Source: an uncultured Gammaproteobacteria bacterium (GTDB lineage Bacteria > Patescibacteriota > Microgenomatia > CAZETR01 > Amesbacteraceae). Taken from it: a DNA stretch of 64,000 bases. How positions within the stretch are numbered: position 1 is the stretch's first letter; every line of letters begins with the position of its first letter. The translations under genes and the position numbers were made by a program. The stretch spans positions 798,568-862,567 of the forward strand of contig CAZFGX010000001.1 of the NCBI GenBank assembly GCA_964518565.1, in the 5' to 3' direction. Shown piece after piece: positions 31,273 through 41,431 of this stretch. The notes below the pieces were generated by a model, which saw only the letters and a program-made list of their open reading frames with translations, did no database searches and was not told the DNA's origin.

Positions 31273-31809
31273 CTAACTTTTTACAAGCCCCAGCCACTGT
31301 CCAAAAATTACTGCTCCCCATACAATAAGAAATATTCTATTTTCCACTCGCGAAATCTGCCGAGAAATCACCCAATACCAACCCGCATAGTCTTCAGCAA
31401 ATAGTAATTCAGAAAAAAGTCTCAATTGCATAGCAAACACCAATCCCCAAGCCAAGGCCGAACCACTACTAGAAATCACCCAAATTCCACACAACGCTAT
31501 CACTGCACACGTCAACACATTTCGCACAGATCGTTTCCATTGAAGCAAAATTTCTCCCACCTGCGGATTAGTAATACGACGCTTTTTCAAAAATTCATCC
31601 AAATCAACCAAAAAATATCCCAAAATACCTCCAATAATAAATAAAGCATACATCAGTAACAATTCCCATCGGAATCCTTGTATATGCCACAATCCCAAAC
31701 GACTAAATTCTCGTATCAATCCTATGACCACCACCACCAAAATTGGCCCAATCTGAATCATTCGCTTCCACAACTGGACACTGCTCTTCATATGCGTAGT
31801 ATGAATCAA
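31273..31809 (-). CDS. hypothetical integral membrane protein
   Basis: 178 aa with several hydrophobic helices. Confidence 0.4.
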   Translation of the reverse strand: MIHTTHMKSSVQLWKRMIQIGPILVVVVIGLIREFSRLGLWHIQGFRWELLLMYALFIIGGILGYFLVDLDEFLKKRRITNPQVGEILLQWKRSVRNVLTCAVIALCGIWVISSSGSALAWGLVFAMQLRLFSELLFAEDYAGWYWVISRQISRVENRIFLIVWGAVIFGQWLGLVKS

Positions 31810-32129
31810 TTTTGATCCTCACGCAACTTTGCCTTCTTTCGTTCTTCACGTAGTTGTTTCAATTTCCACATAAATAGCGCTCCTTTGTTATCAATCGCAC
31901 TATCAATCACATAGCGTCTTGCCTGTTCCAAAAGTGACCGATCCACCGTTTTTACCAATCGAAAATATACTCCCCGATGTGCTTCATCGTTCAAATCTTT
32001 CATCAATCGATACGCATAATCCTGAAACTCAGCCGAAATTCGCTTGTCTATTTCCTCTGGTGTTTGTCGTTGTTCGATCAGTTGCTTCAGCGATTTCATG
32101 TCCCAAGAATTGTACCAAGTCCAAATCAC
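31806..32129 (-). CDS. hypothetical protein
   Basis: 107 aa ORF in the co-directional block; start overlaps the upstream stop. Confidence 0.35.
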   Translation of the reverse strand: MIWTWYNSWDMKSLKQLIEQRQTPEEIDKRISAEFQDYAYRLMKDLNDEAHRGVYFRLVKTVDRSLLEQARRYVIDSAIDNKGALFMWKLKQLREERKKAKLREDQN

Positions 32130-32209
32130 AAAAAAAGGCGCCTTCGGATTTCTCCTCCAGCGCCAGACACGTACACTAAACGACAGCGAATCCTAAACTA
32201 ACACATTCT

Positions 32210-32542
32210 TCAGTGTTTTTTGTGCCATTCAAAAATGAGGCTGAGTTGAGTCTCCTTTAACAAAAACGTTTTTTCCATGGGCAAGGCCCCATTCAAAAAC
32301 GCGACACGAAATTTGTCACAATCAGACCCAGGCGGGCAGTCCACTGCGTGGTGCTCGCGAGCAACCTCAATCAAACCAGCCAAATCGTCCGTTCTATTCA
32401 AAACAATCACAACCGGCAGACCATCTTTTTCTGTCCCTGTCGTAAAGTCTGATTTTTTTCCTCTCGGATTGTCGTTTTCCATAACAATTAAATCCTTATC
32501 TTTTTTTTGTTTAAATCCTGAGCTCTCATTCCTTCTCTTCAT
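32210..32542 (-). CDS. hypothetical protein
   Basis: 110 aa ORF followed by a hairpin + T-run terminator (minus) at ~32135-32178. Confidence 0.3.
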   Translation of the reverse strand: MKRRNESSGFKQKKDKDLIVMENDNPRGKKSDFTTGTEKDGLPVVIVLNRTDDLAGLIEVAREHHAVDCPPGSDCDKFRVAFLNGALPMEKTFLLKETQLSLIFEWHKKH

Positions 32543-32711
32543 ATCAATTACGCGTTCACATACACATCACCTCCAAAAAACTTCAGGCATTCATAGATCG
32601 CTTACGTGTTTTAACGTGCTACGTTGAAACTACAATTGGTCAAAAACGAGCGCAACGCTCATATGCCCAGTTGTCCACCCATTTTATCTCATCCGAAGCT
32701 AAAAGTCAATA

Positions 32712-33248
32712 CTATAGGCTCTTAATAATCTCAGCCATTGTTTTATCTACCACTACCAATTCAGCCTCGGAAAACTGTTGTAAGACATACTCCAGACCTG
32801 ATATTCGCGATTCAGGATTCCGATTGTCCACTCCAATACGAATTCGCCAAAACTGTTTGCCTACCACTCGTTCAATATCATTAACCCCCCCATGCAACGC
32901 CGGTCCTTTCGCAAATTGAATTTTGAATTCACCCAAAGGTAAATCCAAATCATCATGAGCGACATACAGCTGTTCCGGCTCCCAGCCCTCCTTACCTAAT
33001 GCCTGAATCATTTTTCCACTCTCATTCATAAAATACCCCTCGCTTTTCACCAGCACTCCTTGTTTAGTTTTAGCCACCAATACTCCCCGTTTTTTTGACC
33101 AACCAGATTCAGAAATCTCCCAACTCATAGCCAATTGGTCAATCAGCATCACCCCCACATTGTGTCTCGTGTGCAAATACTTCTCCCCTGGATTACCCAG
33201 CCCTACAATTACTCGTTTAGTGTTTACCATGCAAAATTCCGTCGACAA
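32712..33248 (-). CDS. pth: peptidyl-tRNA hydrolase
   Basis: VIVGLGNPGEKYLHTRHNVG N-terminal signature. Confidence 0.85.
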   Translation of the reverse strand: MSTEFCMVNTKRVIVGLGNPGEKYLHTRHNVGVMLIDQLAMSWEISESGWSKKRGVLVAKTKQGVLVKSEGYFMNESGKMIQALGKEGWEPEQLYVAHDDLDLPLGEFKIQFAKGPALHGGVNDIERVVGKQFWRIRIGVDNRNPESRISGLEYVLQQFSEAELVVVDKTMAEIIKSL

Positions 33249-33570
33249 TATCTTTTACAAAAGGGATTTTAAATTCATGCCCGTTATACACTTGCCAACA
33301 GCCATACAGACTTCCCGCCAAAAAAATCAATCCCACCAGCCCCTGACAAGTAGCCGCCAAAGGAATAAGGACAATTGTCATCCGCATCAGAGGCACAGCA
33401 AAAAAATACACCGCCAAAACCATCAGATGTAAAACAATTGCTTGAAGGCTATACCACCGCACCATCGGATCTTTATTACTGACCAAAAATGCCACTCCCA
33501 CAATCCAGCCAAAATATGGAATCAAACATAAAGCCGCTTTTGTATGTGTTTCTTTTGTCATACTTATCAA
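33217..33570 (-). CDS. small integral membrane protein
   Basis: 117 aa, 3-4 predicted TM helices. Confidence 0.4.
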   Translation of the reverse strand: MISMTKETHTKAALCLIPYFGWIVGVAFLVSNKDPMVRWYSLQAIVLHLMVLAVYFFAVPLMRMTIVLIPLAATCQGLVGLIFLAGSLYGCWQVYNGHEFKIPFVKDIVDGILHGKH

Positions 33571-33576
33571 ATAGTA

Positions 33577-35262
33577 TCACGCTTGCTGTAAACCAAACAA
33601 TCGCAACAATTCTTTCAGACTTGTAGCGTCAGTGGCCTTTTTCTCTCGCCAAGAAATCAGTCTCGGAAATCGCAAAGCATATTCAGAAGAATGCATCGGA
33701 GACTTGGTGATTTCATCGGCATGAATCTCAACTACAATTTTCGGCTTCGCCCAGACGTCTACCAACATTTCTTTTTTGACTTGATACTCATCGGGTTTGG
33801 AATCAACAGCCAACACATCTACTTCTCGTTTCATCCGCTTCCACTCATCATCAGTCAATCCGGTTCCGATCTTTGCCACAGTAAAATATTGCTCAGTTTT
33901 GGGATCAAATACGCCGACCAAAAAATCCCCAATACCAAAAGCAGCCCGCTTACCTTGACCCAGATCATACCCCATCACCACGACATCAATTGTATCTGCC
34001 AGCGATGAAGCCGCATAACTTTCTTTGTACTTTATCCAATTAAAGTCTCGCCCACCTGGTTGATAAGGACCAGTCATTTTTTTTGCAATAATGCCCTCAG
34101 TCCCATCAAAGATTGCTTTTCGATAAAATGTTTCTATCTCCTCCACGGAATCAGCATCAATTCGAGTAATCAATTTAACTACTCCGTCACCCTTCACCAA
34201 TTTTTCTAGTTTTTTTCTGCGTTCGGCATTTTCTTCATTCATGACCTCTTTTCCTTCAATTACTAATACATCAAACAAATAAATAGTCAGTGGTATCTTC
34301 CCTGCCATTTCTACAATATCGTATTTACGTTTCCTCTGCATAGTTTCCTGAAATGGTAAAAATCTACCATCCTTACCCACTGCAATCATTTCGCCTTCCA
34401 CGATACAGCTTTTTTGCATTTGCTTTGCCAAACCTTCTACCACATCAGGATACATACTCGTTACATCCTCTAGTCCTCGAGAAAATAATGTCACTTTTTT
34501 ATGTTTCGCATCCACATGCGCCTGGATCCGCAGTCCATCCAGCTTGTACTCCAAAGCACATGCGCCATTTCGTTCCCAAATATCTTCAGAACTTGTCGCC
34601 CGTTCTGCCTTTGCCATCAAAATTGGTGTCCCCACTTCTGGATGAATGGTCTTAGGCGCCCGGTGTTTGACGATTTCTTCAGCTATTTCTCCCAAATCTG
34701 CTCGCACGTTATACATTGCCTCAATTGCAGACCGTTGTTTTTTATCTCCAGATATCATCCAAGATAGGCCGTCCAGAACGGTCATATCCGAAAAACCAGT
34801 TCGCAATTTCCCCAAAATAATCCGTACTGCATATTTTGCCGACAAAGCATCCAAATGAGTCAGCAAACTCCGAATCAATTCCAATTTTTGTTCCTGACTC
34901 CCCTCGCCACCAACTGTTGCTATCGCATACATTTTTTTGTATACCTGATCACAATTCAGTTCTGCAGCACTGCGCTTGGTATGTAGCTCTTCAGCTACGA
35001 GTCCCATATCACCGAATTTTTTAAATACACCCACAGCGTCATCTCCCAATGCTCGCAGCAGCATTTTATCTGCTACACCAAAATTTGGTGTTCTATATGC
35101 AGGTCCCAATGTACCAGACAACAAATACGTTATTTCCTTCGCTTCAGCCACCCCCACCTGTCCATACAACTCAGCCAAAATAACCGTCATTTCATTCCGA
35201 CTCGCTGTCTGTTCCAATCGATTCAAAAATTGAGCAAACTCCCCAAACTTCATAACTTCCAC
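33577..35262 (-). CDS. ATP-dependent DNA ligase (Lig1/archaeal-eukaryotic type)
   Basis: 561 aa; adenylation motif EYKLDGLRIQAH (KxDG), N-terminal DNA-binding domain, OB-fold C-terminus. Confidence 0.8.
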   Translation of the reverse strand: MEVMKFGEFAQFLNRLEQTASRNEMTVILAELYGQVGVAEAKEITYLLSGTLGPAYRTPNFGVADKMLLRALGDDAVGVFKKFGDMGLVAEELHTKRSAAELNCDQVYKKMYAIATVGGEGSQEQKLELIRSLLTHLDALSAKYAVRIILGKLRTGFSDMTVLDGLSWMISGDKKQRSAIEAMYNVRADLGEIAEEIVKHRAPKTIHPEVGTPILMAKAERATSSEDIWERNGACALEYKLDGLRIQAHVDAKHKKVTLFSRGLEDVTSMYPDVVEGLAKQMQKSCIVEGEMIAVGKDGRFLPFQETMQRKRKYDIVEMAGKIPLTIYLFDVLVIEGKEVMNEENAERRKKLEKLVKGDGVVKLITRIDADSVEEIETFYRKAIFDGTEGIIAKKMTGPYQPGGRDFNWIKYKESYAASSLADTIDVVVMGYDLGQGKRAAFGIGDFLVGVFDPKTEQYFTVAKIGTGLTDDEWKRMKREVDVLAVDSKPDEYQVKKEMLVDVWAKPKIVVEIHADEITKSPMHSSEYALRFPRLISWREKKATDATSLKELLRLFGLQQA

Positions 35263-35567
35263 TTCTCAATAATCGTTCTGTCTTTTGGATGCTTATCAAC
35301 ATATGTTTTAACTATCACTAATTCGCCGATTAAAACAATAATAGGAAAAAACAAGTCAAATCTATCAAACTTTTGCAATAAACTTAAATACGCAAGAATA
35401 ATTATTGTATAAACAGTACCTGTTAATAAATATAATTTTGCCGATTTACCAACTAAAAATATCACCCCCTCCTTGCCTATTCGCCAGTACATTTTTTTAC
35501 GCCAAATAAAAAGTACAAGATGAAAAATATACAGTCCAAAAATCAAGATTTTTAAAAAACTCAACAT
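35250..35567 (-). CDS. small membrane protein
   Basis: 105 aa, three hydrophobic helices. Confidence 0.35.
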   Translation of the reverse strand: MLSFLKILIFGLYIFHLVLFIWRKKMYWRIGKEGVIFLVGKSAKLYLLTGTVYTIIILAYLSLLQKFDRFDLFFPIIVLIGELVIVKTYVDKHPKDRTIIEKWKL

Positions 35568-35584
35568 TAGCTATTAATTTTATA

Positions 35585-36694
35585 CTATTTATTCAAAATA
35601 TATTTTGCTGCTTTCGTCGAGCCAGTTTTTTTGATCACCTCTTTTTCCATCAAATATTTTAGATCTCGCAAAATAGTATCTTCAGACACCATCGACAGCA
35701 ACTCTCGCGCTTCTCCCATAGTAATCTGGCCATTAGCATTCAAATATTCCACCACTTTCATCTGCCGATCAGACAAGGTCACTTGTTTGCCCATTTTTTG
35801 CTTCATTTTTATATCCACAGATAGTTCTCGAATTCGCTCTTTAATTCGCGTCAACTCCAACGCCAGTGCTTGGGTAAATGTTTTTAGCCATGGAGTCAGA
35901 TCTCGATCCTCTAGTACATGGGACTGATTTGAGACCTCCATCAAACTGCCAAAATATTCATCCGAATGTTTATCAAAATATTCTTCTAGAGCAAAAAACC
36001 GCTTGATATCATACCCTTCCATAAACAAAATTAGCGTTGCAAAGGCTCGTGCCGTCCGTCCATTTCCTTCCACAAATGGATGCACTGCAGCCAATACATA
36101 ATGTGCCACACCAGCTCGCAACACTGGATGTTCACGCCGGCCAAAATCGCTATTCAACCATCGAAAAAACTCTTCCACTAAAAATGGTACTTCCAAAGAG
36201 GCTGGTGGCCGAAATCCTACTTCTCCAGTAATCGAATTTTTCAACACCACCTGCACATCACGAAACTTCCCCGCGTACTCCTTTTCCACCACTCGATCAA
36301 CCACCAATCTCTGAATCTCGCACAAAATTTCCGATCCATATTCAAATGGTCCTTGTTCAGACTTCGCCTTGGGAATCGTTGCCTCGATAAAATCCAACAC
36401 CTTCCGATAATTGATCACTTCTTGCACATCTCGTTCCTGAGCTACCACTCCTTCCTCAGCCGCCTGCTTCACTGAATTTATCCCCCGATCCAATAAAATC
36501 TTTGCCTCATTCATCGTCAAATCATTTCCTTCCAAGGCTGTACCATAATGCGCTGCGCGCAATTTTGCTTCTTCTCGGAACTTCATTTCCCACGACGGCA
36601 CCAACGGTGCATTTTCAATTACTTCTCGGGCCGCTTCTACGAGTCCAATATGTCTCAAAATATCAGTCGTAATAATATATTTTGGTACGTACAT
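35585..36694 (-). CDS. Fic-family protein (AMPylator/Doc-like) with C-terminal winged helix
   Basis: Fic motif HPFVEGNGRTARA. Confidence 0.8.
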   Translation of the reverse strand: MYVPKYIITTDILRHIGLVEAAREVIENAPLVPSWEMKFREEAKLRAAHYGTALEGNDLTMNEAKILLDRGINSVKQAAEEGVVAQERDVQEVINYRKVLDFIEATIPKAKSEQGPFEYGSEILCEIQRLVVDRVVEKEYAGKFRDVQVVLKNSITGEVGFRPPASLEVPFLVEEFFRWLNSDFGRREHPVLRAGVAHYVLAAVHPFVEGNGRTARAFATLILFMEGYDIKRFFALEEYFDKHSDEYFGSLMEVSNQSHVLEDRDLTPWLKTFTQALALELTRIKERIRELSVDIKMKQKMGKQVTLSDRQMKVVEYLNANGQITMGEARELLSMVSEDTILRDLKYLMEKEVIKKTGSTKAAKYILNK

Positions 36695-36731
36695 AATTCT
36701 CTGCGGTTATGATACGGTAAATATGCGGAGA

Positions 36732-37571
36732 TTAAAAGTGGCTCAATTGTTTTTTCGTCTCAAACACCGCTCCAGCCAAATCATCCGCATTATAATCAAA
36801 GCCCACTCGCTCAAATAATGTATCTGCAGCTGACTTGACCAAAAACGATCCTGCAGCTGCAGCCAAGAGTGGCGGATTGTGTGCCGCCAAGCCAACCACT
36901 ACTCCTGCCAAAGTATCCCCCACACCACCCTTTTCCATCCCCAAATTTCCCCCATGCACCTCATAGACTTCTTCACCATCACTGACATACGTAATCTCAG
37001 GATTTTTACCAATAATCACACAATGATATTTGCCTGCCATAGCCGTAACTGCTCCAGCTGAGAATTCTTCTCCAAACAACATGGAAAATTCTTGTTTATT
37101 GGGTGTCAGTATTGCTCCTTGAGGTATCCACTCCGGATCCATTACCTGTAAACTTCCAGCATCAATCACCCATTGCTTCGTCGAAAATGCCTCCAATAGA
37201 CGCTTGGTCACAGTCCGTGAATACACCCCTGCATGATCTGTTTCATGTCCTGGATCATTTTCATTTCGATAACGCATAAATCCCGGTCCAATCAAAATCG
37301 CGTCTGCTTTTTCAGCATACGCATCCACCTGATCCCAAGGTATCCAAATAAACGCCGACAATCGCGATTTTAGCTCCACTGCCAATTGTTTCATTCCTGG
37401 CTCAGGACTGGCAAAAAACACCATACTCACCTGTCGAGTGGCCGCAGTCAAAGACAATACAGGCGCTCCATGAAATAAACTCGATCCACCTATTATCAAG
37501 ACACTACCAAAATTTGCTTCCTGTTCAGACGGCTTCCACAAATTATTCAACTCTACGGATTCAAACTTCAT
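36732..37571 (-). CDS. ADP-dependent NAD(P)H-hydrate dehydratase (YjeF C-terminal domain)
   Basis: 279 aa, ribokinase-like fold with GGVGDTLAG motif. Confidence 0.7.
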   Translation of the reverse strand: MKFESVELNNLWKPSEQEANFGSVLIIGGSSLFHGAPVLSLTAATRQVSMVFFASPEPGMKQLAVELKSRLSAFIWIPWDQVDAYAEKADAILIGPGFMRYRNENDPGHETDHAGVYSRTVTKRLLEAFSTKQWVIDAGSLQVMDPEWIPQGAILTPNKQEFSMLFGEEFSAGAVTAMAGKYHCVIIGKNPEITYVSDGEEVYEVHGGNLGMEKGGVGDTLAGVVVGLAAHNPPLLAAAAGSFLVKSAADTLFERVGFDYNADDLAGAVFETKKQLSHF

Positions 37572-38589
37572 CTTCCAATCGTATCATGCCGACTCGTCCA
37601 AAATCTGGTAACAAATGTTCATCCGCCGTAGTAAAAATTGCCTGCCCAGGATAATCCATCACTATCCTTACTACTTCATCTCGATGCGCATGATCCAATT
37701 CGGAAAAAATATCATCCAATAATAAAACCGGATATTGTTCATCTAGCGTCAGATACTGCAGCTCAGCTTGTTTTAGCCACAACACTCCCATTCTTTGTTC
37801 ACCGCGAGAGCCATACGCTTCCACTCGCCGACCTTTGTACTCCACCCAAAAATCATCCCGATGAGGACCAACCAAGGTTGTCGCTGCTGCCACTTCTTCA
37901 CTGGCATACTGCGCCAACCGTTCATTGGAAATAGTACTCGTATCATAAACCACTCGATACGTAGCCAAAAGTGTATCCATTGATCTGATCATTTCAAAAT
38001 ATGCTCGTCGCTGATCAGTCAAATAATTGCCGTGTTTGACCAGTGTCATGTCCCAAAACACCAGTTGAGACCTACCCGCCTTACCTTCACGAATCAAATC
38101 CAACAATTTATTTCGTTGTCGCAGCCCTTTTTCATACACCAACAAACTCCTCCGATAGTTTCTATCTTTTTGCACCAAGACAAAATCCAAATATTTTCTT
38201 CTTTTTGCCGGACTACCGGTCAATAGCTCCATATCAGCCGGGGAAAACAACACCGCACGCACAATGCCCGTCGCATCCACCATCCGACGCGCCACACCAT
38301 TCACGGCAAACTTTTTTCGTCCATATCCAGCAGAACCGTCAGTAAGGGTAACTCGGATATGGGCAAATTCGGACTGCAACTCCACATGAGCAATATGCTG
38401 ATCATAAAAAATCATTTCACTATCTTGATCAGCTCGAAAACTTTTTCCACTTGCCACCAGATAAATTGCCTCTAAGACATTTGATTTCCCTGCTCCATTT
38501 CGCCCAACTATTACTGTTCGTTTCTCAAAATCAAACCTCCGCTTTTCATAGCTACGAAAATATTTCAGATCAATAGACTGTACGATCAT
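37561..38589 (-). CDS. recF: DNA replication and repair protein RecF
   Basis: Walker A GRNGAGKSNVLEAI, C-terminal signature/Walker B LLLDDIFSELD. Confidence 0.85.
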   Translation of the reverse strand: MIVQSIDLKYFRSYEKRRFDFEKRTVIVGRNGAGKSNVLEAIYLVASGKSFRADQDSEMIFYDQHIAHVELQSEFAHIRVTLTDGSAGYGRKKFAVNGVARRMVDATGIVRAVLFSPADMELLTGSPAKRRKYLDFVLVQKDRNYRRSLLVYEKGLRQRNKLLDLIREGKAGRSQLVFWDMTLVKHGNYLTDQRRAYFEMIRSMDTLLATYRVVYDTSTISNERLAQYASEEVAAATTLVGPHRDDFWVEYKGRRVEAYGSRGEQRMGVLWLKQAELQYLTLDEQYPVLLLDDIFSELDHAHRDEVVRIVMDYPGQAIFTTADEHLLPDFGRVGMIRLEDEV

Positions 38590-39443
38590 GACCCCAATTT
38601 CTGACAGCCAAGACAGACATAAGTCCCACGTCCACCTAACACATATTTCTCAATCACCGATCCACAGCGTTTGCATGGCTTTCCTGTTTGGTCATACGTT
38701 CGAAAATGTTCCTGATACGTCCCACCCAGTCCATGCAAGTCAATATATTTTGCATCCGCTGCAGTCGCCCCACCATATTGGATTCCTTCTCGCAATACCA
38801 ATAGTATTTTCTCAAACAAAAGCTCCAGTTGCTCTTTAGGTAGTCGATTGGCTGGAGAATTTGGATGTATCTGTGCCTCCCACAATGCATCATTTGCATA
38901 AATATTTCCTACTCCAGTAATTACCGCCTGATCCATAATCACCAGTTTTATAGCTTTCCTACTTTTACTTACCCGTTTGACAAATTCATCAGCTGTAATA
39001 TCAAACGGCTCAGGCCCCAGTCCTACAAAAAATTTCTCTTTTTCCACATCCGCAGTTTTACCTACCTTGACCCAGCCAAACATGCGCTGATCGTTAAAAT
39101 ACAACACACCCTCGTCTAACTCAAAAATTACTCGGGTATGTGAACTTGGCAATGTATTTACAAAATCTGCCGTCGGATGTCCACCCACAATGCGTTGTGC
39201 ACCCCCCACAAATACCAATTGCCCCGACATTTTAAAATGAAACGCCACTGTGATATCCTCCTCCAAATCAACCAACAACACCTTTGCAATTCTTCTCACT
39301 GCCACCACCTTTTTTCCTTCCAAAAGTCGCTCATCCCCTTGAACAGTTTTTTTATTTTTTAACTCGACTCGTACTACAGTCTTGCCTGGCAAAACCCTCC
39401 CAAGTTGCAATTTAACTGTCTCAATTTCCGGTAGCTCTGGCAT
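38586..39443 (-). CDS. mutM: formamidopyrimidine-DNA glycosylase
   Basis: N-terminal MPELPEIE (catalytic Pro2/Glu3), H2TH, C-terminal CxxC-x16-CxxC zinc finger. Confidence 0.85.
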   Translation of the reverse strand: MPELPEIETVKLQLGRVLPGKTVVRVELKNKKTVQGDERLLEGKKVVAVRRIAKVLLVDLEEDITVAFHFKMSGQLVFVGGAQRIVGGHPTADFVNTLPSSHTRVIFELDEGVLYFNDQRMFGWVKVGKTADVEKEKFFVGLGPEPFDITADEFVKRVSKSRKAIKLVIMDQAVITGVGNIYANDALWEAQIHPNSPANRLPKEQLELLFEKILLVLREGIQYGGATAADAKYIDLHGLGGTYQEHFRTYDQTGKPCKRCGSVIEKYVLGGRGTYVCLGCQKLGS

Positions 39444-40539
39444 ACGTGTTGACCAATTCTAGCATCTGCTTTTCAAACCTCTCAGGCAAAAACTGCTGCG
39501 CATGTCGGATAATCGCCGCAGAATTCCATTTCAATCGTTCAAATCGCCCCAATGCCCGATGCAGCCCTTCTGCTGAATAATCTTCAAACAATACTCCAGT
39601 CTTCCCATCAATCACTGATTCCCGATATCCACCGTCATTAAATGCAATAACTGGTGTCCCACATAGCTGCGCTTCTACCAAACTAATACCAAAATCTTCA
39701 TCTCGAGACAGTCCCAAAAACGCTTTCGCCCCTGCCATCAATTCCCACTTCTTTTTTTCATCTACTCGACCCAAGTATTGCACATGCGACAAACCAGTCA
39801 ACGAAATAGATGCATAGCCTTTTCGCTCTCCCGCTACAACCAGTTTCAATCCATATCGCTGTGCCATTTCCACCGCCAGCTCAATTCCCTTACCTCCCAC
39901 AATTCGCGTAATCATCAACAAATAATCTCCCCGCTTAACTGGAGTCGAAAATTGTGGCGGTAAAACTGGCGGATAAATAACTTGTGCTTCGCGTCGATAA
40001 AATTTTTGGATTCGTCGGGCTACATTTTTTGAATTTGCCACAAATTGCGTTACCTGTCGGGCTCTAGAAAAATCGTACATCCTTAAAAAATGTCCCACCA
40101 CCAAGCCATAGACTCGTACGATCCAATACCGTTGCCAATTGACGGAAGTCTGGTACCCATACAACCACCGCGGCGGCGTATGACAATAACAAATTTCTAT
40201 TGGACCAGTCGGTGTACCAAATCCCTTTGTCACATACCAACTCGCCGAAGAAATTACCAAATCAAATTTTGACAAATCAAAACTCTTCCAAACCCAAGGA
40301 ATTAAAAACCGTAGTGGACTATACAACCGAGAATAAAATGGTACCCACTGCATCCATGAAGTTACTATTTTTTTGCCTATAAATGCTTGCTTAGCCGAGG
40401 ATCCTGGTACAGCAAATGCTGTATAAATCGGTGCATCGGGAAACATCTTGGACAATCTCAACAACACTTGTTCCGCTCCACCAAACTCATTTAAATAATC
40501 ATGTACCAAAGCAATTTTCATATCAATCAAATAGTCCAA
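39421..40539 (-). CDS. glycosyltransferase family 4 (GT-B)
   Basis: E-x7-E region EDFGISLVEAQLCGTPVIA. Confidence 0.75.
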   Translation of the reverse strand: MDYLIDMKIALVHDYLNEFGGAEQVLLRLSKMFPDAPIYTAFAVPGSSAKQAFIGKKIVTSWMQWVPFYSRLYSPLRFLIPWVWKSFDLSKFDLVISSASWYVTKGFGTPTGPIEICYCHTPPRWLYGYQTSVNWQRYWIVRVYGLVVGHFLRMYDFSRARQVTQFVANSKNVARRIQKFYRREAQVIYPPVLPPQFSTPVKRGDYLLMITRIVGGKGIELAVEMAQRYGLKLVVAGERKGYASISLTGLSHVQYLGRVDEKKKWELMAGAKAFLGLSRDEDFGISLVEAQLCGTPVIAFNDGGYRESVIDGKTGVLFEDYSAEGLHRALGRFERLKWNSAAIIRHAQQFLPERFEKQMLELVNTYARATGN

Positions 40540-41407
40540 TCTGGTTTGTATCTACTTGTCGTTCATCTCCACCTGCTCGACGCACCAGACTTTTATGTCC
40601 CAACTCCACAAATACCTCAGTCATTTTCTCTTGACTGGGCAATGCTGCAGTCTCCAAATCAAAATCTATTCCAGGTACATCTGTACGAATTGTAGCCAAA
40701 ATTTTAGACAAAGTTCCACTCTCCACTCCAGCCGCTACTTTTTTATTTCCAGCTTTCTCCACCACCTGTTCAAAGGTTTTGTATTCCTCAAGCAATGCCA
40801 CAGCTGTTTTTGGTCCAATACCAGGTACGCCTGGATAACTGTCACTACTATCTCCTGCCAATGCCTTATAGTCCACTACTTGGTCTGGCCACACACCCAG
40901 TCGCTGTTTCACCGCCATTTTATCTACCATTTGACCATCAGACAAACCTTTCAGTGGCATAAACAAACTCACTCGGTCATTCACCAACTGCATCAAATCC
41001 CGATCTCCAGTAATAATGACTACTGGCTCAGATGTCTGTTGCGCAATTGTTCCAATCACATCATCCGCCTCAAAGTGATCTGCAGTAAACACAGGTACTC
41101 CCATTTTTTCAAATACTATTTTTAGTTTCTCCACTTGTCCCCAGATATCTTTGGAGATCTTCTCATCCTGATCTCGGTTGGCATGATACCCAACATATAA
41201 ATCTCGCCGAAAACTCCCACTTTGTGTATCAAAAACAATTGCTAAATGTGTTGGTTTCAGCTCCTCTATAGCCTTGAGCATCATCGACAAAAATCCATAT
41301 ACCCCTGCGGTTGCCTCACCTGAACGGTTTCGCCACTCTGGCAGCGCGTAATACGCTCGATACAACATCGAATTCCCATCAATCAATAAGACTCGTGTAC
41401 TCACCAT
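40523..41407 (-). CDS. 5'-3' exonuclease (FEN-like, PolA N-terminal domain homologue)
   Basis: LLIDGNSMLYRAYYAL start, conserved acidic clusters, H3TH GVPGIGPKTA. Confidence 0.8.
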   Translation of the reverse strand: MVSTRVLLIDGNSMLYRAYYALPEWRNRSGEATAGVYGFLSMMLKAIEELKPTHLAIVFDTQSGSFRRDLYVGYHANRDQDEKISKDIWGQVEKLKIVFEKMGVPVFTADHFEADDVIGTIAQQTSEPVVIITGDRDLMQLVNDRVSLFMPLKGLSDGQMVDKMAVKQRLGVWPDQVVDYKALAGDSSDSYPGVPGIGPKTAVALLEEYKTFEQVVEKAGNKKVAAGVESGTLSKILATIRTDVPGIDFDLETAALPSQEKMTEVFVELGHKSLVRRAGGDERQVDTNQIGLFD

Positions 41408-41431
41408 GTGATTGTACCGAAAAAAGTTTAA

